Positions 35,577 through 45,871 are shown, counted from the first letter of the stretch. The stretch is DNA of 64,000 bases from a virus (IMGVR_UViG_3300033066_001266:22423-86422); one strand, 5' to 3'. Notes: generated by a model from the sequence alone, not told the origin. Program-made: numbers and translations.

Positions 35577-36554
35577 ATGAAAATATTTTACATTTGTGAA
35601 CATTTTAGTACTGGTGGAATGCCAGCTTATGTTCTAAAACAGATACAAACGTTTGGAAATCAACATGATATAACTGTTATTGAGGTAAAAAACTATGGAG
35701 ATGAATATACTGTTCAGAGGAAACAGCTTAAAAAGTTGTATCAATGTAATAGTAATTTATATAAATTGCTTAAATATATAGTGGATAATAAACCAGATGT
35801 GCTTCATTTTCAAGAAGTTCCTGAATTTTTTATACCTAAGTTCGAATTAGCTGAAATATATAGGTCAGACAGAACTTACAATATAGTAGTTACATCTCAT
35901 ACTTGTAACTCAAGAAGAAAAGATTTTAAATATTTACCAGATAAATTAATTACCGTTTCAAATTGGCAAAAAGAATTGTTTGAGAGAGAATTCCCTGATA
36001 CTGAAGTAGATATATGGGAATATCCTATTGAAAATTTAAAAGTTTCCGAAAAAGAAAAGATTTCTGCTCGTGTTAAAATAATGGGTAATGAATATGATTG
36101 GCTTTTAAAACAGTGGATAGAAAAGAATAATTTTGGTACAAGTGGTGGTCTTTGTTATACACCTTTCGGCAGACCAATACCCACTCCTCAACCTGAAAAG
36201 CACATTCTAAATGTGGGCTTATTTACCCCGGGAAAGAATCAAGAAGAATTATTTAAAATTGCTTGCCAAAACCCACAAAATACTTATCATTTTGTAGGTA
36301 ATCAAGCTGATAATTTCAGAGATTATTGGGAACCATTAATGAAGAACAAACCTGATAATTGTATAGTATGGGGAGAAAGAGATGATGTAGAATTATTCTA
36401 TCAAGCATGTGACGAAATGATATTTACAAGTAAATTTGAATTGAATCCTCTTTGTGTAAAAGAAGCTTTATCTTATGGAATGCCTGTAAAAATGCACAAG
36501 CTTGAGACTTACGGAACTGATTATGATAATAATCCTTTAGTAACATATTTTTAA
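35577..36554 (+). CDS. putative glycosyltransferase (GT-B, GT4-like N-terminus)
   Basis: KIFYICEHFSTGGM...KPDVLHFQE resembles the GT4 N-terminal domain. Confidence 0.4.
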   Translation: MKIFYICEHFSTGGMPAYVLKQIQTFGNQHDITVIEVKNYGDEYTVQRKQLKKLYQCNSNLYKLLKYIVDNKPDVLHFQEVPEFFIPKFELAEIYRSDRTYNIVVTSHTCNSRRKDFKYLPDKLITVSNWQKELFEREFPDTEVDIWEYPIENLKVSEKEKISARVKIMGNEYDWLLKQWIEKNNFGTSGGLCYTPFGRPIPTPQPEKHILNVGLFTPGKNQEELFKIACQNPQNTYHFVGNQADNFRDYWEPLMKNKPDNCIVWGERDDVELFYQACDEMIFTSKFELNPLCVKEALSYGMPVKMHKLETYGTDYDNNPLVTYF

Positions 36555-36569
36555 AAACCAAATCAAAAA

Positions 36570-38363
36570 ATGATATACGATAATTTAAAAAAAAAAGAAC
36601 AAATACAAGATATTCCTCAAATTAAAGAAGATATTTTAAAATATGAATCTTTTTTTATTGTAGAAGAAGGAGATGTGATAGTAGATATTGGAGCACATGT
36701 TGGAGAATTTAGTAAAGCACATACTAATAAAGCTTCTAAAATATATGCAATAGAACCTGATGAATTATTTTATAATCAGTTAGGTATATTTTCTGAAAAA
36801 TTCAGAACTTATAAAATAGCTATAGGATCGTTTGACGGAGTTTCTTTAATGAAATCAGATGGTAATGCTAATAAAATAGGAGATAAAAAAGGTAATAAAG
36901 TACAAGTAACTACATTCAAATCCTTTTTAGAAAAAGAAAATATAAATAAAATTGATTTTCTTAAAATAGATTGCGAAGGTGGAGAATACGATATTTTTAC
37001 TAAGGATAATTTAGATTGGATTAAAAATAATGTAAGAAAAATAGCTGGTGAATTTCATATACATAATGATGATCACAGAGAAGAGATAGTAAGAGTGCTT
37101 AATACCTTTAGTAAAAATAAATTTTCTTATATTTTAACATCTTTAGATGGCGTAATACTTACAAAAGCTCAGGTGATAGGTAATTTAAATTACTACACTG
37201 AAATATTATTTTATGTAAGATTAGATCAAAGAATATTTCCAAAAAATCAAAGAGAAAATATTAATTTCACAAGGGGTGCTTTTGTAGAATTAATAGATTA
37301 TCCAGAAGGAAAATATAATATTAAATTTATAAATAAAGAAACAGAGCAAATAATACATGAAACTGATTTAAAAGTAGAAGAAGATATAAATGTTTATTCA
37401 AGATGCTTATACAGTTTCTTTATTAATTGGAAAATAATAATCTCAGGAGAAGATTTTTATAAAGAGGTTGATTTAGATTTAAAAAATAAAAGAGTAATAA
37501 TAGATATAGATTCATCAGCTTTAGGAGATACATTAGCTTGGATTCCATATGCAGAAGAATTTAGATTAAAGCATGGATGTGAAGTTTATCTATCAACATT
37601 TATGAATAATTTATTTGTAGAAACTTATCCTGAAATAAAATTCATACCTAAAGGTACTGTGCTACAAAACATTGAAGCTCAATACAATATAGGTTGGTTT
37701 TATAATGAATATAGTGAAATTGATTTTTATAAAAATCCATTAGACTTTAGAAGTCAGCCAATGCAAAAAACAGCTTCTGATATACTGGGCTTAGATTTTA
37801 AAGAAATTAAGCCAAAATTAATACTTCCAAAAGTAGAAAAAACAAAAACTGTTGGTTTAGGCATACATTCTACCCTTCAAGTTAAATATTGGAATAACCC
37901 TACAGGTTGGCAAGATACAGTAGATTACATAACTTCAATGGGGTATAAGGCACTTTCCCTATCCAAAGAAGGTAAAGAATATGGTGGTAATTTAGTTCCA
38001 GATAATGCTGAAATATTAGAACCCGGAACCTTAGAAAATCTAATATCTGAAATTTGCAAATGTGAGGTTTATGTGGGTGTAGGTTGTGGTTTAACTTGGT
38101 TGGCTTGGGCTTGCAATATTCCTGTAATTTTAATATCAGGATTTTCTGAACCTTATACAGAAATGTCTGATTGTGTTAGAATAAGTACTCCTAAAAATGG
38201 TCAAATAACTTCTGGTTGTTTTAATAAATATAGAATAGATTCTCATTCTGGATGGAATTGGTATGAACCAAGACAATTTATAGGTACTTCCAGACACTTT
38301 GAATGTTCAAAATCTATAAAATCTGAGATAGTCATAAATAAACTAAAACCATTTTTAACTTAA
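36570..38363 (+). CDS. bifunctional FkbM-family methyltransferase / GT9 (heptosyltransferase-like) glycosyltransferase
   Basis: N-terminal VIVDIGAHVGEF...IDFLKIDCEGGEYDIF (FkbM/Methyltransf_21). C-terminal IDIDSSALGDTLAWIPYAEEFR resembles the GT9 N-terminal motif. Confidence 0.55.
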   Translation: MIYDNLKKKEQIQDIPQIKEDILKYESFFIVEEGDVIVDIGAHVGEFSKAHTNKASKIYAIEPDELFYNQLGIFSEKFRTYKIAIGSFDGVSLMKSDGNANKIGDKKGNKVQVTTFKSFLEKENINKIDFLKIDCEGGEYDIFTKDNLDWIKNNVRKIAGEFHIHNDDHREEIVRVLNTFSKNKFSYILTSLDGVILTKAQVIGNLNYYTEILFYVRLDQRIFPKNQRENINFTRGAFVELIDYPEGKYNIKFINKETEQIIHETDLKVEEDINVYSRCLYSFFINWKIIISGEDFYKEVDLDLKNKRVIIDIDSSALGDTLAWIPYAEEFRLKHGCEVYLSTFMNNLFVETYPEIKFIPKGTVLQNIEAQYNIGWFYNEYSEIDFYKNPLDFRSQPMQKTASDILGLDFKEIKPKLILPKVEKTKTVGLGIHSTLQVKYWNNPTGWQDTVDYITSMGYKALSLSKEGKEYGGNLVPDNAEILEPGTLENLISEICKCEVYVGVGCGLTWLAWACNIPVILISGFSEPYTEMSDCVRISTPKNGQITSGCFNKYRIDSHSGWNWYEPRQFIGTSRHFECSKSIKSEIVINKLKPFLT

Positions 38364-38374
38364 AAAATGTATAT

Positions 38375-38405
38375 TTGGTAATATTAATTAATTAAATTAT
38401 ATTAT
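38375..38405 (+). promoter_or_regulatory. putative promoter (TTTG 38375-38378; TATATTAT 38398-38405, spacing 19)
   Basis: Motif family; ATG at 38430. Confidence 0.45.
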
Positions 38406-38429
38406 ACTGATCTCCTAGAAAATTTTAAA

Positions 38430-39638
38430 ATGAAAAAAAAGAATACAATAGAGTTTAATTGTGTGAAATCTTTTCCACAATGTATCCAATGGAATTTGGG
38501 AAATATTCCCTCTTTAGGTATATCTAATGGAGATACTTTAGACAGTATAGTTTATGCAATTGTTGATAAATTGTGTGATTTATCAGATCCTTTAGATCTT
38601 TCTACATTATCATTACAATGTCTTATAGACAAATTAGATGTTACTGAACCAGTTCCAAGAACTATACAGACAGTTTTTCAACTTTTAATTGATAATGATT
38701 GTACTCTAAAAGATTTAATAGATAATTTACAAGTTCAAATTGATGAATTAGAAAATGATAATTTAATTTTAGATTTAAAATGTCTCGCTCAATTTGATAT
38801 ATATGGTAATCAGCTTCCCTACGATTTAAAAAGCGTTTTACAAAGTTTAATAAATGAGCTTTGTACTTTAAAAGAACAAGTAGCTTATTTAGGCACAGTA
38901 GTAGTAGATTTACAAACTCAAATTGATGGTATTGATGTAACACCATATACATTACCAATCATAACTACTTGTGTTTCCCCATTAAAAAGCTTGGATGTAT
39001 CTGTTAAAGATATAGCTACAGCTTTTTGTAATTTAAAAGCCGCTACTGGTACTGAAACACAAATTCAATCAGCAGTAGCGAATCAATGTAGTACTTTTAA
39101 TGATGAATTTGGTGGATTAACAGGATGGAACTTAGCACCAGCTAATTTAGCACAATCTCATTCTAATATTGAATTAGCACTTTGTGATATTTTAACTAGA
39201 CTTAAGACTATAGAAATTGGTTGTTGTGGGCCATCTTGTGATAAAATTAAAATTGGATTTATACATAGTTTTGATTTTGATACAAGAGAACTTACAATAT
39301 CATTTACATCTGGAGCTGGTACTTTTATACCTTCTGGCTTTGTTGATTGTGGAAGTGAATTTACAATTAAAAATTGTACAGGAGATGTTGTATTAACTTC
39401 AATTCAATCTATTACAAATAATGGGGATGTAGTTTTCACAATTCCTACAGGAACTTGTATAGATAATTTAACTGTATCTATAAAAACACAATTCTGCATG
39501 TATGATGGTGAAACTGTTATATTAACTTGTAGAGATTGCTTCAGCAAAGAAATTCAAGTTCAAAATGAATGTTGTATAGTAACTAATTCAGGAGATGAAG
39601 ATGTAACATTAACTTATCAAATTTCAGTAGCATCTTAA
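38430..39638 (+). CDS. Cys-rich putative tail fibre/receptor-binding protein
   Basis: 402 aa, many Cys, located in the fibre module. Confidence 0.35.
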   Translation: MKKKNTIEFNCVKSFPQCIQWNLGNIPSLGISNGDTLDSIVYAIVDKLCDLSDPLDLSTLSLQCLIDKLDVTEPVPRTIQTVFQLLIDNDCTLKDLIDNLQVQIDELENDNLILDLKCLAQFDIYGNQLPYDLKSVLQSLINELCTLKEQVAYLGTVVVDLQTQIDGIDVTPYTLPIITTCVSPLKSLDVSVKDIATAFCNLKAATGTETQIQSAVANQCSTFNDEFGGLTGWNLAPANLAQSHSNIELALCDILTRLKTIEIGCCGPSCDKIKIGFIHSFDFDTRELTISFTSGAGTFIPSGFVDCGSEFTIKNCTGDVVLTSIQSITNNGDVVFTIPTGTCIDNLTVSIKTQFCMYDGETVILTCRDCFSKEIQVQNECCIVTNSGDEDVTLTYQISVAS

Positions 39639-39648
39639 AATTAATAAA

Positions 39649-40158
39649 ATGGCATCAACAACTATAATAATAAAATCAGTAATATTAGCACCAGGAGAAT
39701 CTTTTACATTACCTAACGGAGCAAGTGTTATATCTATAACAGATGTTTTAGAAACTACATGTGCAGAACTTCCTGAACCAGAACCAATTGTAATATATAA
39801 ATATATATTTGCATTAAATCAAGATGATAACGATGGTCACCCAGTAGGCGGTGAAGTAAATATAGATAGCTTAATAATAAATGGTACAAGTGTAGCACTA
39901 TCATTTACTGCATTTGATACTGATAATACAGGTAACTCCACAGGTGTAAATCAATGGAATTCAGAAGCATTGGGTAATAATGCTCTATTAGCTTCATATC
40001 CAGTTAAATTTAATTTTGTGGCATTTTCTTCAGGAGGTTCTAAAAATGATATAGTTACTGTACAACTTGAAATGCCAGAAAGCTATCAAAATAAAGTATT
40101 GCTAAAAATAGTAAATGATAAATTTCCAAATGGCTTCTTCTTAGATGGAAGTCTATAA
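39649..40158 (+). CDS. hypothetical protein
   Basis: 169-aa ORF. Confidence 0.35.
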   Translation: MASTTIIIKSVILAPGESFTLPNGASVISITDVLETTCAELPEPEPIVIYKYIFALNQDDNDGHPVGGEVNIDSLIINGTSVALSFTAFDTDNTGNSTGVNQWNSEALGNNALLASYPVKFNFVAFSSGGSKNDIVTVQLEMPESYQNKVLLKIVNDKFPNGFFLDGSL

Positions 40159-40180
40159 TAAATAATTAAAATAAATAAAA

Positions 40181-42340
40181 ATGTCTAATTGCTCTACTCC
40201 AGATCCATGTAACACATGCGCACCATGTAATCCAGATTACTCTGATACTGGTTGTCCATCTTATATAAAAGATACCTGTGTCACTATAACGGAGGATATT
40301 GATTGTTTAAGTATAGAAAAAAACGAAACTTTAGCTGAAGCGCTTCAACATATGAAAGATGTTATATGTGCTTTAACACCAACAGCTTACGAAGATTTTG
40401 ATTTTTCATGTTTTTCTACTCAAGGTATAACTACAGAACAAGAATTTGCAGAATTTATTGCTGCAACACTTTGTGAAGTTCTAGGAACTCAAAATCCAGG
40501 CAATATTACAAGTTTAAGTGCTTTATATGCTCTTATTCAAAGTTTAATAACAGATGTTAACCTAATTAAAAATCAAGTTGTTTTAACTTGTTTTAGAGGT
40601 ATTACAGGATTAAATAATCCTGAGCCAATAGGTGTTTTATTAGGTGCTATTCAAACTGTTTTATGTGATCACGAAGATAGAATTATAGCTTTAGAAGTAG
40701 ATGGTTCATTAGCAATAACTGCTAACGATTCAGCTACTATAGATTTCACTGCATCAGGTACTTTAAATCATACCTTAACAGGTTCTGTTAAACTATCTGC
40801 TGTAGCAAACAATGCTCTTACAGCTCAAGTTGATGGTATACATGTAATAAGTCCTTCTATAACTGCTAACGATTCAGCTACAATTAATTTTACAACTTCT
40901 GGAACTTTAAATCATACCTTAACTGCTGTAGTTACTCTTTCCGGTGATGCAGATAATATTTTATCTGTTGAGTCTGATGGGTTAAAAGCAACTCAAGCAG
41001 CAATAGTTCCACAAGATAGTACAAGTGTAAACTTCACTGCTAGTGATGATGTTACATTTACAGGTGTGGTTATTCTAGATCCAGCTGCTGATAATATATT
41101 AAGTATTACAGGTAGTGGTTTATATGCAAATGCAGCTTCATTTGGATTAGCTGATAATTCAGTGTCAAATTCAAAATTAAGAGATTCAGTATCATATTCT
41201 ATTATTGGAAGAACTTCTGGAGCTACAGGTGATCCTGGAGACATACAAGCTGCTGCAGATGAAGTACTTAGAAGATCAGGTTCAGGTAATCTTGAATTTG
41301 GAACTCTTGTAACTAATAATATTGGTAATAATGAAGTTACTTTTGCAAAAGTACAAAATATATCTACAGGAAAATTATTAGGCAGATCTTCTGCAGGAAC
41401 AGGGGTAGTTGAACAACTTAGTATTGGATCAGGTCTTAGCTTATCTGGGGGTACTTTAAGCCTTAGTGCAATACCTATTTCATACTTATCTGCAGCAACA
41501 GCCAGCAATTCTATAGATAATGCTAATTATGCTCAAGCATGGCAATGGGATACTTTAAGTGGAGTTAATGGTCTTAAACTATCAACTGCTTCTACAGCAG
41601 GGTCTTCACAACTATTATTAGATGTTAGAATGTCTGGAGCTAGAGTAACACCTAGCTATACAGGTATGGCTGCATACTTTGAAAATACTCAAACAGGTAC
41701 AACAGGTACTAATAACGCTTTATTAGCTTTTGCTTCTGGCGGTAGTGCAAACTATGGTATAGTTTGTTCTGGGGCTGGTGGTCAGTGGGGAACTTCTTCT
41801 GGAGCTTCTATATATGCACAAGGAAGAATGAGAATAGATGGTCAGATAGACACATATGGTTCAACTTCTGGTATAGTATCTATAAAACCAGCTGCAATTG
41901 CAGGAACATGGACTTTAACTCTTCCAAATTCAGCAGGAACAAATGGTTATGCTCTTACTACAAATGGTAGTGGAACAACTACTTGGACTGCTATGGCTAT
42001 TGAAGGAACATATACCCCAACTTTATTTAATACAACTAATATAGCTGCTTCTACAGCCGCTGTAACTTATTATATAAGAACAGGAGATACTGTAACTGTA
42101 TGGGGTGAAGTAACTATAAATGCTACTTCAGCCGCTACAATCAGCGAAATGGGTATGAGTTTACCAGTAGCTTCTTCTGTTACAGGTACAGCAGATCTTT
42201 CAGGCACAGGAGCGTTTGAAGATGGTACAGTAGTACAAATTAAAGGAGATGCTTCTAATACAAGAGCTAAATGGAGATTTACTCCAGTAACAAATACAAA
42301 CAATAAATATAATTTTACCTTTACTTATAAGGTTATGTAA
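40181..42340 (+). CDS. putative tail fibre protein with internal ~38-aa tandem repeats
   Basis: Cys-rich N-terminus; repeats ITANDSATI(D/N)FT(A/T)SGTLNHTLT... x3.5. Confidence 0.45.
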   Translation: MSNCSTPDPCNTCAPCNPDYSDTGCPSYIKDTCVTITEDIDCLSIEKNETLAEALQHMKDVICALTPTAYEDFDFSCFSTQGITTEQEFAEFIAATLCEVLGTQNPGNITSLSALYALIQSLITDVNLIKNQVVLTCFRGITGLNNPEPIGVLLGAIQTVLCDHEDRIIALEVDGSLAITANDSATIDFTASGTLNHTLTGSVKLSAVANNALTAQVDGIHVISPSITANDSATINFTTSGTLNHTLTAVVTLSGDADNILSVESDGLKATQAAIVPQDSTSVNFTASDDVTFTGVVILDPAADNILSITGSGLYANAASFGLADNSVSNSKLRDSVSYSIIGRTSGATGDPGDIQAAADEVLRRSGSGNLEFGTLVTNNIGNNEVTFAKVQNISTGKLLGRSSAGTGVVEQLSIGSGLSLSGGTLSLSAIPISYLSAATASNSIDNANYAQAWQWDTLSGVNGLKLSTASTAGSSQLLLDVRMSGARVTPSYTGMAAYFENTQTGTTGTNNALLAFASGGSANYGIVCSGAGGQWGTSSGASIYAQGRMRIDGQIDTYGSTSGIVSIKPAAIAGTWTLTLPNSAGTNGYALTTNGSGTTTWTAMAIEGTYTPTLFNTTNIAASTAAVTYYIRTGDTVTVWGEVTINATSAATISEMGMSLPVASSVTGTADLSGTGAFEDGTVVQIKGDASNTRAKWRFTPVTNTNNKYNFTFTYKVM
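40690..41115 (+). repeat. ~114-bp tandem repeats (x3.5) inside the fibre gene
   Basis: actgctaacgattcagctac... recurs. Confidence 0.55.
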
Positions 42341-42361
42341 ATCTTTTTGATTTTGGTTTAT

Positions 42362-42398
42362 AGCCGCTGATGTTTCTACATTTAAGCGGCTTTTTTGT
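42362..42398 (+). terminator. rho-independent terminator
   Basis: agccgct (42362-42368) / agcggct (42385-42391) followed by tttttt. Confidence 0.65.
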
Positions 42399-42425
42399 TT
42401 ATATGGATTATTAAGCATATATTTG
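42394..42425 (+). promoter_or_regulatory. Bacteroidetes-type promoter (TTTG 42394-42397; TATATTTG 42418-42425, spacing 20), 3 nt before ATG 42429
   Basis: Perfect consensus; overlaps the terminator T-run. Confidence 0.5.
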
Positions 42426-42428
42426 CAT

Positions 42429-42626
42429 ATGATAAATCAAATAATAGACTTAAATTATCATGGAATGTCTCCAGGAGAACTTCAAGAATATCTTGAAAAG
42501 ATGTATGAAACTCTTCCAAAAGACAGAAGATCAAAGGAATACAAAATGCTAAGAGATGAATATAATCTCATAGCTATCATCTACAACAAAAAAGTAAATG
42601 ATAAAATATACACAATAATTAAATAG
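42429..42626 (+). CDS. hypothetical small protein
   Basis: ORF track 42423 (TTG) trimmed to ATG 42429 on the basis of promoter geometry. Confidence 0.35.
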   Translation: MINQIIDLNYHGMSPGELQEYLEKMYETLPKDRRSKEYKMLRDEYNLIAIIYNKKVNDKIYTIIK

Positions 42627-42631
42627 TAAAT

Positions 42632-43660
42632 ATGAATTTAAATCAAATTGTAGACTTGTTTTTAGAAGATCCGAAAAGAATGTTTATGGGAGCGGGAAAA
42701 CTTTCCGAACGTTATAAATGCTCTGCAGATACGATTAAAAAAGCCAGATTTGAGGCAAGACTTAAGTTAAAGCAACAAAATAAACAAAAATCAAAAGAAG
42801 ACAGTGATAGAGCAGTAGATACCTATTTGTCTTTAGGAGAACCTAAATCAACTTTTAAAGTTAAATTTACAGAACATTGGTTAAATAAGAAACCAATTCC
42901 TAAAACTAAAATAGGTATTCATGTAATTTCTGGATGTCAGCACGTACCTTTTCAAAATAGAAAAATGCAAGCTGGCTTAATAGAATTAATTAAAGATTTG
43001 GGAGATAAGATAAAGGGTTTTCATCTTATAGGCGATACATTAGATATGAATTCTTTATCTGCCCATGAGCCGAATAAAGTTCCCTTAGAAGGAATTACTC
43101 TTGGATATGAATATAAAGAAGGTAATAAATATTTAGATTCTTTTGAAGCAGTTCTACCAAAAGATGTTGAAAAAACTTATATTTGGGGAAATCATGAAGA
43201 CAGATGGAGAAGACACGTTTCAGATATAAATAATTCGAAATATGCAAGTGCTTTACCTTCTCCAACAGAAGCTCTTCAATTAGAGGAGAGGGGATACACA
43301 ATACATGATAATTGGAAAGAAGATTATCATTTATTAGGTAAGCATCTTCAATTGATTCATGGTGAATTTTGTACTAAATATCCTGCCAGAGCGCACATGG
43401 ATAGAATGAAATCTTCTGTAATGTTTGCTCATACTCACAGGATAGATATAGCTTACGATGGAGAAAAGGCTGGATTTAATATAGGGTGGGGTGGAGATTC
43501 AGATGCACCTGCTTTTAACTATGTTTCAAGGTTAGCCAAAATGAATTGGATTAATGGATTTGCCTTAGTACATATAGATCAAGATGGAAATTTCTTTACT
43601 CAAGTAATTCCAGTATATCATAATCAATTCTGGTATGATGGAAAGAAATATGGTGGGTAA
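42632..43660 (+). CDS. calcineurin-like metallophosphoesterase
   Basis: Motifs HLIGDTLD, WGNHED and FAHTHR. Confidence 0.6.
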   Translation: MNLNQIVDLFLEDPKRMFMGAGKLSERYKCSADTIKKARFEARLKLKQQNKQKSKEDSDRAVDTYLSLGEPKSTFKVKFTEHWLNKKPIPKTKIGIHVISGCQHVPFQNRKMQAGLIELIKDLGDKIKGFHLIGDTLDMNSLSAHEPNKVPLEGITLGYEYKEGNKYLDSFEAVLPKDVEKTYIWGNHEDRWRRHVSDINNSKYASALPSPTEALQLEERGYTIHDNWKEDYHLLGKHLQLIHGEFCTKYPARAHMDRMKSSVMFAHTHRIDIAYDGEKAGFNIGWGGDSDAPAFNYVSRLAKMNWINGFALVHIDQDGNFFTQVIPVYHNQFWYDGKKYGG

Positions 43661-43683
43661 TTTGAACTATGGTTTCGTTATAG

Positions 43684-43708
43684 AATCCCCTTAATTGGGG
43701 ATTTTTTA
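43684..43708 (+). terminator. rho-independent terminator
   Basis: aatcccc / ggggatt followed by tttttt. Confidence 0.6.
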
Positions 43709-43776
43709 TTTAATAACTGTTGAAATTTTTATTTGATATACTCAGCTGTTTTAACTATATTAGTATATAGACTATT

Positions 43777-43784
43777 TATATTTG
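43777..43784 (+). promoter_or_regulatory. -7 box TATATTTG upstream of ATG 43811
   Basis: Consensus -7; -33 element unclear. Confidence 0.35.
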
Positions 43785-43810
43785 ATAAATAAACTTATTT
43801 AATTTTTTTA

Positions 43811-44326
43811 ATGATAAAAGACGTAAGATTTAGATCAGAAAAATACACTAGGAAAATTATTAGTGAAGATCTATATAAAAAATGGGTAGAAAAATATCCT
43901 GAATATTCTAAATATTCTTACAAGGAATTTTCTGAATATTGGAAATTGCTATCAAATAAGCATACAGATACTGTATCTACTAATTCTCACGGAGTTAAAC
44001 TCCAATTAAATTTAGGAGAAATAGCCTTAAAATACACTAGTTCTCAAGATTTGAATAGAAATTATCATAGTTCAACTATAGCTAAAGAACCAGTAGGACA
44101 TTTAAATTTTGGGTCGAGTGGTAAAAATGGCAAGATAGTGTGGAGTATAGCTTACGTAAGAAAAATAAATTCAGAATTACCATTAATCGCTTTTCAAGCT
44201 TGTAGAAATTTCACAGTTAAAGCAGCAAAGGCATTTTCCGAAACTCCTGAATTATTTAAGATTTCTAAAGCATCAAAAATGAATATACTGTCTATACAAA
44301 ATAACTATAAAGAAAATGCAAAATAG
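43811..44326 (+). CDS. hypothetical protein
   Basis: 171-aa ORF. Confidence 0.35.
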   Translation: MIKDVRFRSEKYTRKIISEDLYKKWVEKYPEYSKYSYKEFSEYWKLLSNKHTDTVSTNSHGVKLQLNLGEIALKYTSSQDLNRNYHSSTIAKEPVGHLNFGSSGKNGKIVWSIAYVRKINSELPLIAFQACRNFTVKAAKAFSETPELFKISKASKMNILSIQNNYKENAK

Positions 44327-45011
44327 AGAAGCAATCCATCGCACAAAACGCTTGTTTCGTGAAATTAATGCTGATAGCAGATTATCAGATAGGACTGTAT
44401 TTTCCCTATTAGAAAATCATGCAAAATGGCTTATATATCGTGAATCTGAAAAGCTTAAATTACCCAAAATGGATGAAATATTTCAACCATATAAATGTGT
44501 TGAAATTATTGAAGCACCTTTAATTGATCCTTGCTGTGGTATTAAAAGCTTGTGTACTGTATATAGAACTAAAGATAAAATACCTGATTTATATGAAGAT
44601 AGTATGGGGGTAATAATAAAGAGTGTTACAACTATAGATGATCAAACAAGTTTATTTGTTATTAAAGCTTCAGAATGGGAAAGAAAAGCCAATAATCCAT
44701 GGCTTCAAAAGAACAAAAGAAATAAATTTGTTTTTTATTCAGATGGGTATTTATACTTTCCTGAAGGTTCTTGGAAAAAAGTAAATATAGTAGGATTATT
44801 TAAAAGAGATATTTCATATATAGACTTATGTGATAATTGTTTAACTTGTAATGATGAAACTAAAGAGTGTGTAAGATTTTTAGATAGAAAGTTTATTATA
44901 CCAGAATATCTTGAAGCTCAGATGTACGATGCTGTACTTAAAGATTTAAGTAACACATATAAAAGATTACCAGAAAAAAGTAATGAAATAAATAAAAACG
45001 ACAATAAATAA
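44316..45011 (+). CDS. hypothetical protein
   Basis: 231 aa; Cys cluster CDNCLTCNDETKEC. Confidence 0.35.
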   Translation: MQNREAIHRTKRLFREINADSRLSDRTVFSLLENHAKWLIYRESEKLKLPKMDEIFQPYKCVEIIEAPLIDPCCGIKSLCTVYRTKDKIPDLYEDSMGVIIKSVTTIDDQTSLFVIKASEWERKANNPWLQKNKRNKFVFYSDGYLYFPEGSWKKVNIVGLFKRDISYIDLCDNCLTCNDETKECVRFLDRKFIIPEYLEAQMYDAVLKDLSNTYKRLPEKSNEINKNDNK

Positions 45012-45871
45012 TGAGCTTACCTTGGAAATATATAAAATTATCGGAACTGATGGCATCAGTTAAATCTGATTTAAGTCTTTATGATGATTCTGGTCTTATT
45101 GATGAAGATAGAATAATTAAAGTTATTGCCAATTGTAATGAGAAATTAGGACAAAGAATATATAAATCTAGAGAATGTAAGTTAACTATAGAAAATGGTA
45201 AGGCTGATATACCAAGAGATTTATTTAAAATAGAAAATGTAGTAGGCACACAAATTTTAAATGTAGAAACTACAAGTACTGGTATACAAGCAAGACAGCT
45301 TGAATTTTTGTATAAAGAACCTAAAGATAAAACTAAGATAATTACCTATGGTAAAATGGCTTGCACAGATAGCTGTGATAATTGCTATTGGGTAGAAGAC
45401 AGAAGACAACCATACAAAGAAAGCAAATTAATATATGAGAGATTTATTCCTTTAACTCTTTCCAATTCTATATATAACAAATGTACAGAATATTCTCCAT
45501 GTAAAAAAACAGGTGGAAATTATAAAATTGATATAGAAGATGAATCATTCAAATTCTCCTTCAATTGTGGTGAAGTATATCTTTGCTATCTTGGTAACTT
45601 AGTTACAGAAGATGGTGAAATTGAAATACCATTTCACCCAATGTTAAATCCATATTATGAATATTCTGTAATGGAAAAAATATTGGAAGATATGTTTTTA
45701 AATTCTGAAGCAGATATACTTCAAAAACTCCAATACATTACAGTAAAGAAAAAAGAAGCTTATGCTGTAGCTTGGGATTTTGCTAATACAAGAGAAGTAA
45801 ACGAATGGAATAAAATTCAGAAAAAAATACAAGCCGAATATTACAATAAATGGTATAAAATATACAACTAA
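45011..45871 (+). CDS. hypothetical protein
   Basis: 286 aa, Cys-rich. Confidence 0.35.
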   Translation: MSLPWKYIKLSELMASVKSDLSLYDDSGLIDEDRIIKVIANCNEKLGQRIYKSRECKLTIENGKADIPRDLFKIENVVGTQILNVETTSTGIQARQLEFLYKEPKDKTKIITYGKMACTDSCDNCYWVEDRRQPYKESKLIYERFIPLTLSNSIYNKCTEYSPCKKTGGNYKIDIEDESFKFSFNCGEVYLCYLGNLVTEDGEIEIPFHPMLNPYYEYSVMEKILEDMFLNSEADILQKLQYITVKKKEAYAVAWDFANTREVNEWNKIQKKIQAEYYNKWYKIYN

